From contig CM052816.1 of assembly GCA_028534125.1 (NCBI GenBank), positions 1,798,001-1,862,000 of the forward strand: a DNA stretch of 64,000 nucleotides, written 5' to 3'. Position numbers and translations under genes: made by a program. The notes below the pieces were generated by a model. That model saw nothing but the letters and a program-made list of their open reading frames with translations. It had not been told where the DNA came from and did not search any database. This DNA is from Lama glama. Lineage: Eukaryota. This document shows, piece by piece, positions 50,475 through 63,359 of the stretch. Each line of letters begins with the position of its first letter. Position 1 is the stretch's first letter.

Positions 50475-51169
50475 CATTTCCTTGGCTATGTGTCTGACCG
50501 ACCATCCCACTGAGCTGTGAGGTCCCCAGGAGCGAACTCAAGGTCTCCTTCACCTCCGTACCGATGTCAGGAGCATGGCCCCTGGCTCGCTGTACTGACC
50601 TCAGTCAGCCCTGGATTTCTTGCCATTGAGCTCACCCTTCCCGGAGGCAAAAGAGGTGAGTTTAGGAGACAGACGTTTCCTAATCCGTGGCACAGCACTC
50701 AGGGAAGGGCGAAGGAAAGTGCGGAGAGAAGCTGGCTCCGCGAGTGAGGCACAGGCACTGGGAAGAGCCGACCCGGCCTCCGCCCCTGCCCCGGTGCGAG
50801 TGCGCAACGCTGGCCGAGCGCCCGGCGCTCCACCTGCTCCTCTGCTTCAAGCAATGGTGGTGCCATTTCCACACCTGGGAAACCCAGGGCCAGGAGCCAG
50901 TTTAAACCTGGAAAGTGAAGTCAGGAGAGTACCTGAACCAGAGCTGGCTATCCCCGGATGCAAAACAGCCAGCCTCGCCAAGTATTGCAGTTTGAGAAAT
51001 TATCTTACATCTCCACCCTCTCCTCACCACACCTGAAGTCCAACCGCGAGGCTGCCGATGCCAGCAAGAAGTAAGGCTTGCCCTGCCCCTGCCCCTGCCC
51101 TGAGGACAGTGAGTGGGAAAGTCAACCTCTGGGAACCTCGGTTTCTTCTTTTCTTCTTTCTTTTCTTGT

Positions 51170-51317
51170 TATTGTATCTGTACAAGAAGTTAGATGTTAG
51201 CTGAACCTTCTGCTGTAATCACTTCACACTATATGTAAATTGAACCATCGTGCTGTACACCTCAAACTTGTACAATGATGTATGTCAATGATTTCTCAAT
51301 AAAACTGAGGGAAAATG
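51170..51317 (+). mobile_element. L1 3' terminal fragment
   Basis: gatgttagctgaacctt...taatcacttcacactatatgtaaat...gctgtacacctcaaactt...gtcaatgatttctcaataaaactg. Confidence 0.85.
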
Positions 51318-53334
51318 ACTTCTAAATTGTCGTGGTTCCCCCACCCCCACCCCTGCCACCTCCCACCCACTGTGAGGCCACCACATAATACAGAAACCAG
51401 TGGTTTTAGTCCAATCATTAGGCCCTGGACGTCTTATTGATGCCACAATTGCAGGGAAACAGACAGGGTCACATGTCCGTTGCTGTCCAGCCCCATGCTG
51501 GGTGCTGTCCCCACAGGGTGTAGTTGCATGGATACTGGGCATAGAAGTGTGAATTCCCACGGTTTGTTAATCCCCCAGGTCAAGATCAGAAGGGATTTAC
51601 TTTAATTCAAATATGGTGTAAGTCGTCGGGGGAGTTGCCCATTAGCAAATTTTGCCCACTGTAGAGGTTAGTTTATCTGATTTGCTCATTGCCCCCACCC
51701 ACTCACACCAACAGAAAGCAGAGCCCTGAAGAGAATAAAAAAAGGATATGCTAGTTTTGATGGGAGGCAAAAAAAAAAAATTAAACATTGGAATGCTGAA
51801 GGACCTAAGGGATGATCTAGTCAGGAGGCTGTAAACTGAAAAGCTCTGCTGTTATCTGTCCTGGTCACCAGTGCCATGGTGAGCTTTCCCCACTCTCAAA
51901 TGCCTTTATATGCACTTTCCATTGATCACTCTTCTCTCCCTGTTATCCTCTTCCTGACTGCCTCCCATAGCCGTGTTATCTTCCTGGCCCACGTAGTGGC
52001 CCTGCTAGGGCTAGTGTCCAGCTTTTGGTACCCACCCTCGTGCCCTTTGGTTAGGGCTAAGCACCTAGAAGGGATTCAGGGCATCTAAAGGAGAAGGGGA
52101 TGCAAGGAGGAATGAGAAAGAATTGGATAGACAACATAGTGTCCCCCAACCTCTAAAACCTCTGCGTATCTCCTATAAAATGGAGCTAATACTGCTTTTA
52201 AAAAAAGAAAATCTGATCAGTGAAGGCATGTGAATTGCCTGGAGTACAGCATGTCTTCACTGAATGTTTCTTTCCTTTCCTTCCCGGAAGACTCACAATG
52301 CTTTCCAGCACTCCTGCCTTGTGACTCCACATCCGTTACCTGAGGAAGTATTAAGGAGCAAACATGATCAGGGTGTCCCAGAGAGGTGAACAGAGGCAGA
52401 GAATCAGAAAGAGACCTGCCTGCCGTGACTCAGGGCAGGCACGTCCACAACAAGCATCATCAAGGTACCTAGCCAACTCTTCACAGCCATAGGAGCTCTG
52501 CCACCAACTCCACCCACCACCTGGGTGCTGCATGGTGTTGGCAACTGACCCCACACAAGTGAACCAGCCAACGGCAGGGACCGGTCACGACAGGCTGAGA
52601 GGTTTCTCACTGGCTTCTTCTCCCTGCTTTATTCTTTCAGAGCACAATACATCCCAAAGCCAGATTCTCGTCTTTTGGATTGTTCCCTGGCTCAGCTCAC
52701 TGTCGGCCCATGGAGCCCAACCCAGCCAATCATCTCGGCAACCTAGCTAAAACTTCCGTCAATGGGGGGGCAAAGTCATCCTTTGATGTCGTGGAGAACC
52801 ACCAGCCAGGAGCATGGCACCATCTGGCCTCATGAGCTGGGCGCCCAGAAAGACTGCCCGGCTCCAGTCGGCTGGTCCACTTGTGGGACTCCTGTGTCCT
52901 GGGCCAGTCTCCTTTTTGTTGTGTTCATCTGCTTGTTGGTGAACAGTAACCTAGCTTTAAATGACTAAGTAATCCAATCGCAACAGAAACCAGGGGTTCT
53001 GGCCTTGGCTGAAATCCTGGCATTTTGGTCACTAGTAAGCAATGACCTTACATCTGAACCCCACCTCTTCATTCTCTCTCTCCTTCTGGCATTATCTTTC
53101 TTTGGATTTTCCATGGAGTTTCATTTCTGAGCAGCTGGGTCCTTGGGTTTTTATCATTTTACACCAATTTCCTCTTTGTCAGCAGTCTAAGTCCTGCTCC
53201 CCCTCTGCCTCTGCCTCCTCCACATTTCTCCTTCCTCCTCCTCCTCCCTGTCTTTTTTCTGTCAACATTCCTTGAAATGTCTCTGCTCCTGATGAGAATT
53301 GAAGAAATCTGTCAAAGAGAAAGAGTCAGGAGAG

Positions 53335-53560
53335 TTTACTGGTTAGAAGCAGAAGTTTTGGTGTCAGCTTTGAGTTTGAAGCCAGGATTTGCCACTTAGT
53401 AACTGTGTCATGTGGAGCACATGATCTAGCCTCCTTGAATCTCAGTTTCCTCATCTTGACAGCAGGTGTAACAATACTCATTTCACGGGACCAAGGGTAA
53501 CACTGTGTATGTAAATTGTTTTGTTAGTTACATACCTAGCATATAATACACTATAAATAA
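53335..53560 (+). mobile_element. MIR SINE
   Basis: ggttagaagcagaagttttggtgtcag...gccacttagtaactgtgt...tctcagtttcctcatct. Confidence 0.75.
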
Positions 53561-54789
53561 AATTCAGTTTAGGGGGAAAAAAGGTATTAACACAATCTTT
53601 GTTCTCTATCATGGTTTAAATAACAAGGTTGCAACTGGGTTCCTTGACTGTCTAAGGTAAGGCCTAAGGCTTGCCGGGGGTGGGGAGGTGTGTGGTGGGT
53701 GGCAACAGGCTGAGCCCTTCTTAGCCTCCCATTTTCAAAACAATCCAATTTTCTCTCTTTTTCATGTTGGGTTTCTGGATAATATTCTGAAAAAAAGGAT
53801 CCCATTGCAATGAAAAAAACTGATTTTTTTTAAAACTGTTTTTCACCTGTCATTTTCCCAGAATTCCCCTCTTTGTATTCATTCCCTGACACATAGGACC
53901 CACTAGGTCACTGTTCCACCCCCCCCATTGCTTCCTTGAACGGGAACCTGCCCCTCTCCATGAAAAACAGTAAGTAACATTTCTATTCTGTAAAGATGTC
54001 AAGGAGTTCAGCCTACCCGGCAGACTTTCTTGAGAATTTCTTTCACAGGCCTGACTATCAGATAGAGAAAGGCGGTTATTAGATGCTTGGTTTCATTTGA
54101 AAAAAGCTGATTGCCCATTCTCTTTACCATTTGAGAAATGTGGTTACACCCAGAATTTCACACAAGAGCCTGTGGTTGTAAATTTAATCTCAACAAGTGC
54201 TCTCCATACTAGGCAGTGTTGTTTCACTACCTTAAAAAAAAAATAAAAAGTATGACCTTATTGAAAACATACCAGAAACAAAGGTCATCTTTATAATTCC
54301 CTCAGTGATCCCCTGGAGGTGGAGGCCCCTGTAACTCGATGCTCTCTAACACACGCAGGCCTCCGTGGGGTTCTAGGCTTTGAGCAGGTGAGTTCAGAGG
54401 CCCCCTTCTCCCCCACATCCATTTTGCATCTTCACATTTGCACCCCTTTTGTCTTGCTGGGGGAGGTAGACTGTTGCCCAGGCCCAGGGAGGAAAGAATC
54501 CACTGTGGTTACTCACCCTGGTGGTGAGCGTATGTGAAAGTGTGTGTGGTTGGGGTGAACCACTGTAGGATTAATGTTCATGGCAGATGATGTGTACGGA
54601 CAGCACTGTTTGAGGACCCAGGAAACCAAGAGGGACATTTGACTGAAAGTTCAGTGGCAGCAAAGCTTATAACAGTATCATATATCGGGGTAGTCCCTGG
54701 GCCTAACACGTTGCTGATACTCAAGAAAGAGCCACTGAATGAATGAATGAATGAATGAAGACAGAGTTTAGGAAAGAGCCATCCGCCCT

Positions 54790-55580
54790 GCCTCCCCTAC
54801 CTCTTCCACGGCAACTCACAGTGGGGCTGATGGCCCGTCTGCTTCCCCTCCTGCTACCCTCCGATCCATCCTTCCATGTTACGTCAAGAGCGAGCCATCT
54901 GAAACATAAATCAAGTCTTGTCACTCCTGGGCTTCAAACCCTCCACCTAGGACTTAAAATATAATCAAAATCTTTTCCCAATATACCAAGCCGGCGTGGT
55001 GTGGTCCCCGGCCAGCTCAGGACTTCACCCTCTTCCCTCTGACCTCCTTAATCTCTGTACTCCAACCACTCTGACCTTTTGCCTGTTCCCTGGACAAGCC
55101 AAGATCATTCCTGCCTCAAGGCCTTTGCACTTGCTGTTCCACTAGCCTGAAACACTCTTCCTCTAGATTTTCTTTTTAAGTGAAACAAGTTTATTTAGAG
55201 AGACACATACTCCATAGATAGCGTGCAGACCATCTCAGAGGGCAAGAGAGGGCCTTCCTCTAGGTTTTTAAATGGAAAGATACTTTCTTGTCATTCAAAC
55301 TTCAGGTCAAATGATACTCTCCTTCGAATGGCCTTTCTTGAGCACTCAGTCTAAAGTAGCCAGCTGTTCATTCTCGGTCACGTCACCATTTTCTTTTTCT
55401 TCATCAGAGTGAGCATTTGGAAATCGTTTTGCTCATTTCTTTGCTTTCATGATCACTGTCAGCCTTACGCTCTAAGATGCAAGCTCCCTCTCCATCGTGT
55501 TCACTGTTGACAATTCTCCAATGGCTGGAACAGAACGGCACAGGCAGGGCTCGATAAATATTATCTGAATGAATTAATAA
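54790..55580 (+). mobile_element. L2 LINE 3' region, interrupted by an 82-bp insertion
   Basis: cattcctgcctcaaggcctttgcacttgctgttccactagcctgaaacactcttcc ... gctcgataaatattatctgaatgaatt tail. Confidence 0.85.
55172..55253 (-). mobile_element. Short retroposed LTR-R-like sequence with poly(A) signal and 15-bp TSD
   Basis: Minus strand gccctctcttgccctctgagatggtctgcacgctatctatggagtatgtgtctctctaAATAAActtgtttcacttaaaaag; TSD cttcctctag(a/g)tttt at 55157-55171 and 55254-55268. Confidence 0.8.
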
Positions 55581-57154
55581 GTGTAGCTTCAGCATCCTGA
55601 AGGCTCTGGGCAATACCAGGTGAATTCTCCTGGTGGCGGGGGGTGGGGGGTGGGTGGACAATGCATCATAAACAGCAGGCAGATGCCTCAAATAGAAAGG
55701 TCAGGAAAGAAGAAATATGAATGATAATAACTAGCATTTGTAGAGCATTTACTGTGTGCCAGATATTTTCCCAAGTCCTCAATATTTACTGTCTTTTCTA
55801 ATTCTCACAGCCAGCCTTGGTGATAGGTCAAATTATTCCTCCTTTATAGATAAGTAACTGGTACAAAGAGCACAAACAGCATACCCTCTCCCAAAGGTGG
55901 TACATGGAAGATCAAAGATGCAAACCCAGACCATGAACCACTACACACCAGGGCCGCTCTCAAACTGATGAACCCAGGAGCACGCATGGGCTGACAGCCA
56001 GCCCTGGGAAGAGACCAAAGAAGGCAGGTAGAAATACGGAGCAAGTCAGCTACTGATATCAAGCTACTGGAAAAGCCTGAAGCCATGGGTAAATCTGATG
56101 TATGATTACACGTTGATAGAAAATGCCCTTGAGTCTGCCATTTAGCCCTTTGGGGGCTGAACGTGTCTGGGAAAACTCCATGTCCACAGCTGTAGTGGTT
56201 TCCAAGCCGCCCCTCTGCCACCGCCCAGGCTTATGTGGCTCGTAGCCTGAGAGCCAGACCCTGTCTTCAGACATGCTTTGCTTAATCCTCATGCTTAATA
56301 ATCCTTATACCTGTGGCCAATCTTTAAAATCAGGATACTTCACACTGAAGTTCAGATTTCTGCCTTCCCTCAAAACATCACAAGAACTGGTAATGCTCAC
56401 CTTGCTTTTGCACCTGCCATGGTCAGCCAGAACTGAGCCACAGCTGTCCTTGTGGGAAGGAGTATGTGCTTTCAGTTCACCATGGTCCCCATCACTCCCT
56501 GGTTTGTCTTTAATACCAAGCCTTATACATCTGTCTACATGTATTTACTTACCTGAGCTGTACATATTCTGGGTGTTTGAGTTAATGATCCCTGCACTGC
56601 TGGGACAGCTCTGACTGGTCTTTCAGCCTCCAGTCTTGTGCTGCTCCCGAGGCATCCTTCCCAGTGCCACCAGGTCTTACGTAACAGCAGAGGAAGGGAT
56701 CAGCCACACTGCCAGGATTCAAGCCCAAGTTCATCCCTGGCTATGTTGCTGTCCTCCCCTCCCCACAGTTTCCTCGTCTCTAAAATGGGAGTATAATAAG
56801 ATCCACCGTAGATGACCAAAGGGCATTTTAAATACTTTCAAGTTCTGTGACACTTATGCCATTCTGGGTATCATACACTATTTATCTCTGTCCCTACTGT
56901 TCTTCTACCCAGAATGTTCAGCATTTGAAAATAATAAGACACAAAGGAGCTAGGAAAAAAAAATTACCCTCTTGTCAAGAGATAAAATATGCAACAGAAC
57001 CAGACCCACAAATAACCTAGATGGTAGAAATAATCAGACAGGACCAGACAGGGACATTACAACTACGATAATGAATATGTTAAAGGGCTTAGTACAAAAA
57101 GGTGGGCAACATGTATGGATGATGAGGAATTTCAGCAAAGAGATGGAAGCTATT

Positions 57155-57285
57155 TAAAAAATGAACACACGTATGGTCATGTATGACTGAAGCATTATGC
57201 AGTACACTAGAAATTGACACAACATTATAAACTGAGTATATCTCAATAAAAAATATATATATATATATACACAAAAGTTTTACAA
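57155..57285 (+). mobile_element. Short camelid-type L1 3' end nested in older L1
   Basis: atgtatgactgaagcattatgcagtacactagaaattgacacaacattataaactgagtatatctcaataaaaaa followed by (TA)n; no clear TSD. Confidence 0.85.
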
Positions 57286-59163
57286 AGGGTCAGATGGAAA
57301 TGCTAAACATGAAAACGCAACATCAGAGATGAATTCCCGAGGCAGGCTTGTCAACTAATTGGACACAGCAGAAGAAACGACAGGTGAATTTAAAGATACA
57401 TCAACAGAGATTACTTATACAAATATGAAAAGAGAAAACAGTCAGTGGAAAAAGTCCAAGAGCTGTGAGACAAGAGCAAATGAAACTGAGTGCCAGAAGG
57501 AGAGAGAGAATGGGGCAGGTGAAATATGCGAACAGGTAGCAGCCCATAGGAGAAATATAGGCAAATCAACAACTGTAATTAGAGAGCTGAACATTCCCCT
57601 TGTTAATAATTGATAGAAAAATTAGACAAAAATTATTAAATACATAGATAACTTGAATAATACTATCAAGCAACTCTACCTAGTTTATAGAACACTTCAT
57701 CTCAGAGAATTCACTTTCTTTTCATGAAATGTTCATGAGACATTCAAAAGCAGACCGTATTCTGGTCCATAAAACAAGTCTCAATAAATTTAAAAGGATT
57801 AAAAACATAGAAGGTATGTTTTATGATGACACTGTAGTTCAATTATAAATCAGCAACAGAATGACACTGAGAAAATTCTCAAATATGTGAGTAATAATCA
57901 GAACACTTCTAAATAATCCACGAGTCACAGAAGAAATAGAAAGAGGAATTAGAACATATTTTGACCCAAATTAAAATGACAAGAAGCCTTAAAAATGTGT
58001 AGGACCCAGCTAAAGCAGTGCTTAAAAGAGAAACTGATAACATTAAGTGCTCATATTAGAAAAGAAAGGTCTAAAATCAATTATCTAATTCTCTACCTTA
58101 TAAAACTAAAACAATTAACAGCAAATTAAAGCCAAAGGAAATAAAAGGAAGGAAGTGATAAAGAACAGAAAACACTGAAATAGAAAACAGAAATATAGCA
58201 AGCAAAACAATGAAACCAAACGTCGATCAATAAAATTGGTAAACCTCTATACATACTGATGAAGAAAAAAGGACAGAGACCCCAATCACCCACGTTGTGA
58301 ATGAACAAAGGACTGTCCCTGCAGGTCTATCAGACATTAAAAAGGATAATGTAACATTATGAACAGCTTCCTGACAATAAACTTGACAACTTAGATGAAA
58401 TAAACAAATCACTAAACAAATTCCTTACTAAAACTCATTTTAAGAGTAAAGGGAAAACGTGAGTGGCCATATAGCCATTAAACAGATTGTATTCATAGTT
58501 AAAGGCCTTTCCACCAATAAAAACTCCAGGCCCAGATGCCTTTACTAGAAAACTCTACCAAACCTTTGAAGAAGATACAATATCAAGCCTACATGAAATT
58601 TTTCAGAAAATAAAAGAGGAGAAAACAGTTCTCAACTTCTTTTTTGAGGTCAGTATTACCGTGACATTAACCATACAACCCAGCAAACCTATTCCAAGGA
58701 TATTTACCTAAGAGGAATGAAAACATACGTCCTCCCGAAAATGTATACAGGAATGTTTATTGTATCTTTATTCCTAACAGCACAAAGCTGAAAACAGCAC
58801 AAATGTCTATCCCTTGATGAGGGGATAAACACCTTGCGGCATATAATGGAGCTCTACCCAGCAATGAAGTAACAAGCCAGTGATACATTCAGAAACAGGG
58901 AGGACTCTCCAAAGCATTATGCTAAGTGAATAAAAAGATACAGAAGAATACCTTCTGTATGATTCCGTTTAAAAGACAGTCTAGAAAATGCAAAATTACA
59001 GAGACAGAAAACAGATGAGTGGTTCCTAGGGGCTGGGAATGGGGACGGGGGTAACTGCAAAGAGGCATGAAGGAAATTTTGGGGGATGATGGAAAAGTTC
59101 TGTATTTTGATTGTGATAGTTTGTCAAAGTTCACCAAATTGTACGCTTTAAAAGAGTGAATTT

Positions 59164-59509
59164 GGACACAGTGGATTCATCTACAAAACAGAAACAGACT
59201 CACAGACATAGTAAACAGCAAACAATCTTATGGTTACCAGAGAAAGGAGGTGGGAAGGGATAAATTTGGGAGTTTGAGATTTACAAATGTTAACCACTAT
59301 ATATGTAAATCGATTTTTTAAAAAGTTTCTTCTGTATAGCACAGGGAACTATGCTCAATATCTTATAATAACCTCTAATGGAAAATAAAAAATGTAAACT
59401 AATATATGCATGCATAGGCATGTATATGCATGACTGGGACATTGTGCTGTATACCAGAGATTGACACATTGTAACTGACTGTACTTCAATTAAAAAATAT
59501 AAAAATAAG
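59164..59509 (+). mobile_element. 5'-truncated camelid-type L1 3' UTR with perfect 13-bp TSD
   Basis: acaaaacagaaacagactcacagacatag...gcatgactgggacattgtgctgtataccagagattgacacattgtaactgactgtacttcaattaaaaa; TSD aaagagtgaattt at 59151-59163 and 59510-59522. Confidence 0.93.
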
Positions 59510-60589
59510 AAAGAGTGAATTTTATCATATCTCAATTTATCATACCTCAGCAAATTTTAAATTTCTTTAAGAATGTTACCATGAGAGGAAACTGGATAAA
59601 AGTTACACAGGATTTTTCAAATACACATGAATCTATAATTATCTCAAAATAAAAAAATTTTTGAATAATAATTTTTTTAATTATAAGAGCCTTTTAAAAA
59701 TCGGTTTAAGAGAAGGACGAAGCAGAAAATATTTAAATGAATATTCTATTCATTTAAAAGAAGAAGAAGAAGAAGAAATATTTACACTGTAAATCAAGGC
59801 TCAGAAAGAAAAGCAATCACATATCCCTCAGCCCAGAGTTCAAGGTGATTTACCCAAAGTCATACTTGTGTGAGACAGGGTGGTGGCTTCTCCCCTCAGC
59901 TTGCTCAAGTTGCCATTAGAAAGCCACTGACAGTTATGATTCAAAATGTCCCCAAAGGTTAGAAGGAATCCTGCAATCCTCAACAACAAACTTCACCTCT
60001 TGATCTTACCAAAGATTCATGGTGACTGTCCTAGCAAGATTCAAAGTCAAACAGCAACCACTCCACATCTCCCAGCCGTACTTTCCACCAGTGGAGAAGG
60101 CCAATCCAAGACAAGTGGCCCTTGCCCAACGAGGGACTGGTGAGCCACAAAAATACTTCCCCCAAAATCCACGGGGCATGAAATGGAAGAGCTGTCCACA
60201 GCTCTTGGTGAAGTTCCTCTTTTGGGTTCCACATCTGCCTAGGAGACTTCCTCCTTTGGTCTGGCAGACTGGGTTCCAGTAACCACCGGTTGGCATTACA
60301 ATGGACCAAGCAGGGGGTCAGGCATTCTGGGAGGAAGCAAAGGGGCAAATGGTCAAAGAGGGCCTGAACTTTGGTTTGCGGAAAAGGTCCTCTGTGCATT
60401 CATCTAGAAGCTAGAACTTCACTTTCATCGGAGGGCTTGGGGTTCATCCTGGCTCGGTTATTGTGGGACCCTGTGCAAACTCTTTAACCTCCGTTTCCTC
60501 AACTCTGATGGGCCTACGTCACAAGAAAGATACTAAGATGTAATGAGGTCATGTTTATTCAAATGCTGCATTTTTCTTTTCCCTTAAGC

Positions 60590-60841
60590 CAGTGTTTCCC
60601 GAGGTGTAGCACTAGGGACGTACACCAGAAAGTTTTAGGTGACAATGGAATTTTTATGTTAATACTTATAAACTTACAGGGTACTAGCAAAATAGAACTA
60701 TCCCAACCACCCTGCTAAGATGAAATTAAATTTAAAATGGAATCCAAGTGAAACCTAGGTTAAAAAATATATTAGGTTAATAGTTCTTTAAATGTATTAA
60801 GTAGCTATCACAGAAATCATAAAACTTGAGGAAGAACACTG
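60590..60841. mobile_element. Old hAT-Charlie-type DNA transposon relic
   Basis: Termini cagtgtttcc / gaagaacactg (imperfect inverted repeat) around an AT-rich interior. Confidence 0.45.
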
Positions 60842-61929
60842 CCCACTGTGAGAACCCTTGGGTCTCCTGGAAGGAGTTCTTCGGGACTTTTACATTAAAT
60901 AACATAGTACTCTCTTTGTAAGGACCCAGGGACACATTATTTTTGGTCTTGGATCAGATGCTTCTCCCAAGGATTTGGTTTGCTGTATCTTATGGACATT
61001 GCAAACTATGTAACTGACTGCTCTCCTTGCTTGCACTGACAAGAAGGCTTAAAGCCCTAATTGGGGACCGGCTGTAAAATACGTATGGGGCTGTGTCATA
61101 TCCATTGTCTATGAGTCTCACTCTTAAGGCGAACTGTCACTTTTTTCTCTTCTACTTTTAACTTACTTTCTATATTTTTATATCCTTTCAAACCACCTGA
61201 AATCTTACTTTAAGTAAAAGAGGAGATAAATTTTTAAAAGTCCTAAATTCTTTTTTCTTTTCTTTTTTTAAAGACAGCCTAACCAGAACTTGTCCTGAAA
61301 CTCAAGGGATGGTTCTTTCTGAATCTTTCTGTATCCCCAGGTCAACACAAATGCAAGCCTGCTCCGGTAAGAATGAGATAATCAATCATTTAGTTTCTAT
61401 TTTGAAATTAGGCCTTGTCAGAAGTTATCCTTTTCAAAAGTGTTCCATCACCATGGTACAGACAGCTAGCTATGACTGACTTCAGACCTGGGTAACCCCA
61501 TGGACCTAAAGTTAAAAAAAAATGGGAAGTGGGTGCTGTGGTGGAAGTGGGCTTCCTCCCTTTTTCCTCAAAAGACAAGGTTTTGCTGACAAAAAAAAAA
61601 CAAAACAAGAAAACCCCAAAAAGCAAAAAACAGAAAACCCAAGCTAAAATGATACCAAAATTTGGCATCAGAGCATTCAAAATACCCAGAGCAATGTGAA
61701 ACTATTTTATTCCTAGTTTATCTACTGGGTCTCCTAAACTAGCATACCTCTCCTGCTCGGCTCTCCCTGCACCAACCAGGGTTGTCTCCAGTGTGGGAAG
61801 AGTGAGTACTTGTTTTGGATCAACTTTCCTTTTTTTTTTTTTTCAATGTCTGAATTACATTATATTTTCTGAGCCTCATTTCTTTCTCTGTAAAATAAAG
61901 ATAACCCCCATTGTACTTATTTCAACACT

Positions 61930-62410
61930 AAGTCACGATGAAACACTCATCAGAACTCTTCTAGTGGCATGTGACAAACATTCCACTCAAACTAGCTAAG
62001 GGCAAAAGGAAGTGGGGGTTATTAGAAATTATTCATATAAAGGTTGAACAACCGAATCAGTGCATAAAGGTGGATCTCAGAGAGCTCTGGAACCAGAAAC
62101 TTAAATGCCTCCAAGACTCTTCTGTGCATCTCATTTCTGTTTCATTCTGTGGGTCCACTTTATTCTTTCCTGAAACAGATCAGCCAAGAACATGGCTACC
62201 CAGAGCTCCAATGTCTCAAATCTCACAGTGCACAAACCCAGAGAGGGACCGAGACTGACTTTCCCTGGTCCCAAACGCAAAAAAAAAAAAAAAAAAAATC
62301 CTACAAACGGATCTAACTGACTACTTTGGGGGCAGCTTCCTGTCACTGAATTCATCAACTGCGGCTGTAAATTTGGGGACTGGGACTGGCCCGGATTAGA
62401 TCCAGTGCTT
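61930..62410 (-). mobile_element. Old MaLR LTR (MLT1K/L-like)
   Basis: cagaactcttctagtggcatgtgacaaacattccactcaaactagctaag...ggcaaaagg, resembling the reverse of the family at 2620-3098. Confidence 0.55.
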
Positions 62411-62562
62411 ATCTTTGAGCCGTTGAACAGCATCGAGGAGATTTTTTAAAAGACGGTAGCTGTTACTCAAGTCACATCTTTAAAATTAGTCTAGAGAAAG
62501 AAGAGAAGATGGAGAAAGAGTGACTATTATGGGCAGAAGAAAACAGTAGAAAATCACTATAG

Positions 62563-62743
62563 TGGGAGAGTATAGCTCAGGGTAGAGTGCGTGTCTAGCA
62601 TGCACGAGGTCCTAGATTCAAACCCCAGCACCTCCATTAAAAATAAGTAAGTAAAAGAAAAGAAGGAAAAATCCCCCCCCCCAAAAATAAAAATTTTGTT
62701 TAAAAGAATATACTTGTAAATATTAAAAAAAAAAAAGAAAGAA
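62563..62743 (+). mobile_element. tRNA-derived SINE (camelid-type) with long tail and perfect 16-bp TSD
   Basis: gggagagtatagctcagggtagagtgcgtgtctagcatgcacgaggtcctagattcaaaccccagcacctcc; TSD tagaaaatcactatag at 62547-62562 and 62744-62759. Confidence 0.93.
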
Positions 62744-63359
62744 TAGAAAATCACTATAGAATGCTTTAGGAAATCAGGATTATCAGACAAACACATGGTT
62801 TTCAAGTGAACCAAGACTTCAAGACTCAAGTGCCACCGACTCCAAGAAGCCTCTCCTGATAATTATTGCCAGCTATGAAACTCTTCCCTCACTGGCCTCC
62901 CCATTATGCTTGTGTGAAATATACCTTCTATATTCAATTATATTTAATTTCTCATTTGAGTATATACTACATTAAATTGCCTTCTAGCCAACTGCCTATT
63001 TTAAACTTTGTCTTCCCTGCTTGATTATTCCCTGATGATAGAAACTGGCTGTTTCTTGCTGGCGTAGTCATAACAATTGGGGTTTATTGTTGCTCCCAGG
63101 AAAGATGTGTGCTTTTTAACTGGGGTCTACCACACACAAAGTCTTAACCTAAAGCAGTAATTATAATGTTGGGGATGCTAAACACGTACAACAGGACGTC
63201 TCTGGCAGTCTAAACTAGAGTCCAAATGCTGTCAAATCAAATATAACCCCCACCCTATTACTGCATTTATCATCATCATCAGTTTTGGTTTTGTGATAAA
63301 ACTATGGCAGTTTACATCCAGGATGTACCATCTGCAGAGAGGGAGGGGTGAGCAGCTTT

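Larger units (their letters stand above)
56870..59660 (+). mobile_element. Old, deleted and degenerate L1M element(s) (ORF1, ORF2 and 3' UTR pieces) with two younger L1 3' ends nested inside
   Basis: A-rich L1 phrases: ggaatttcagcaaagagatggaa, cataaaacaagtctcaataaatttaaaagg, gctaaagcagtgctta, aaactccaggcccagatg, atttacctaagaggaatgaaaacata. Confidence 0.88.

Noticed and set aside
60006..60399. Cluster of ORFs with a minus-strand donor TTG|GTAAGA near 60008
   Set aside because: Weak acceptor, no recognisable peptide in any frame, no linked exons found.
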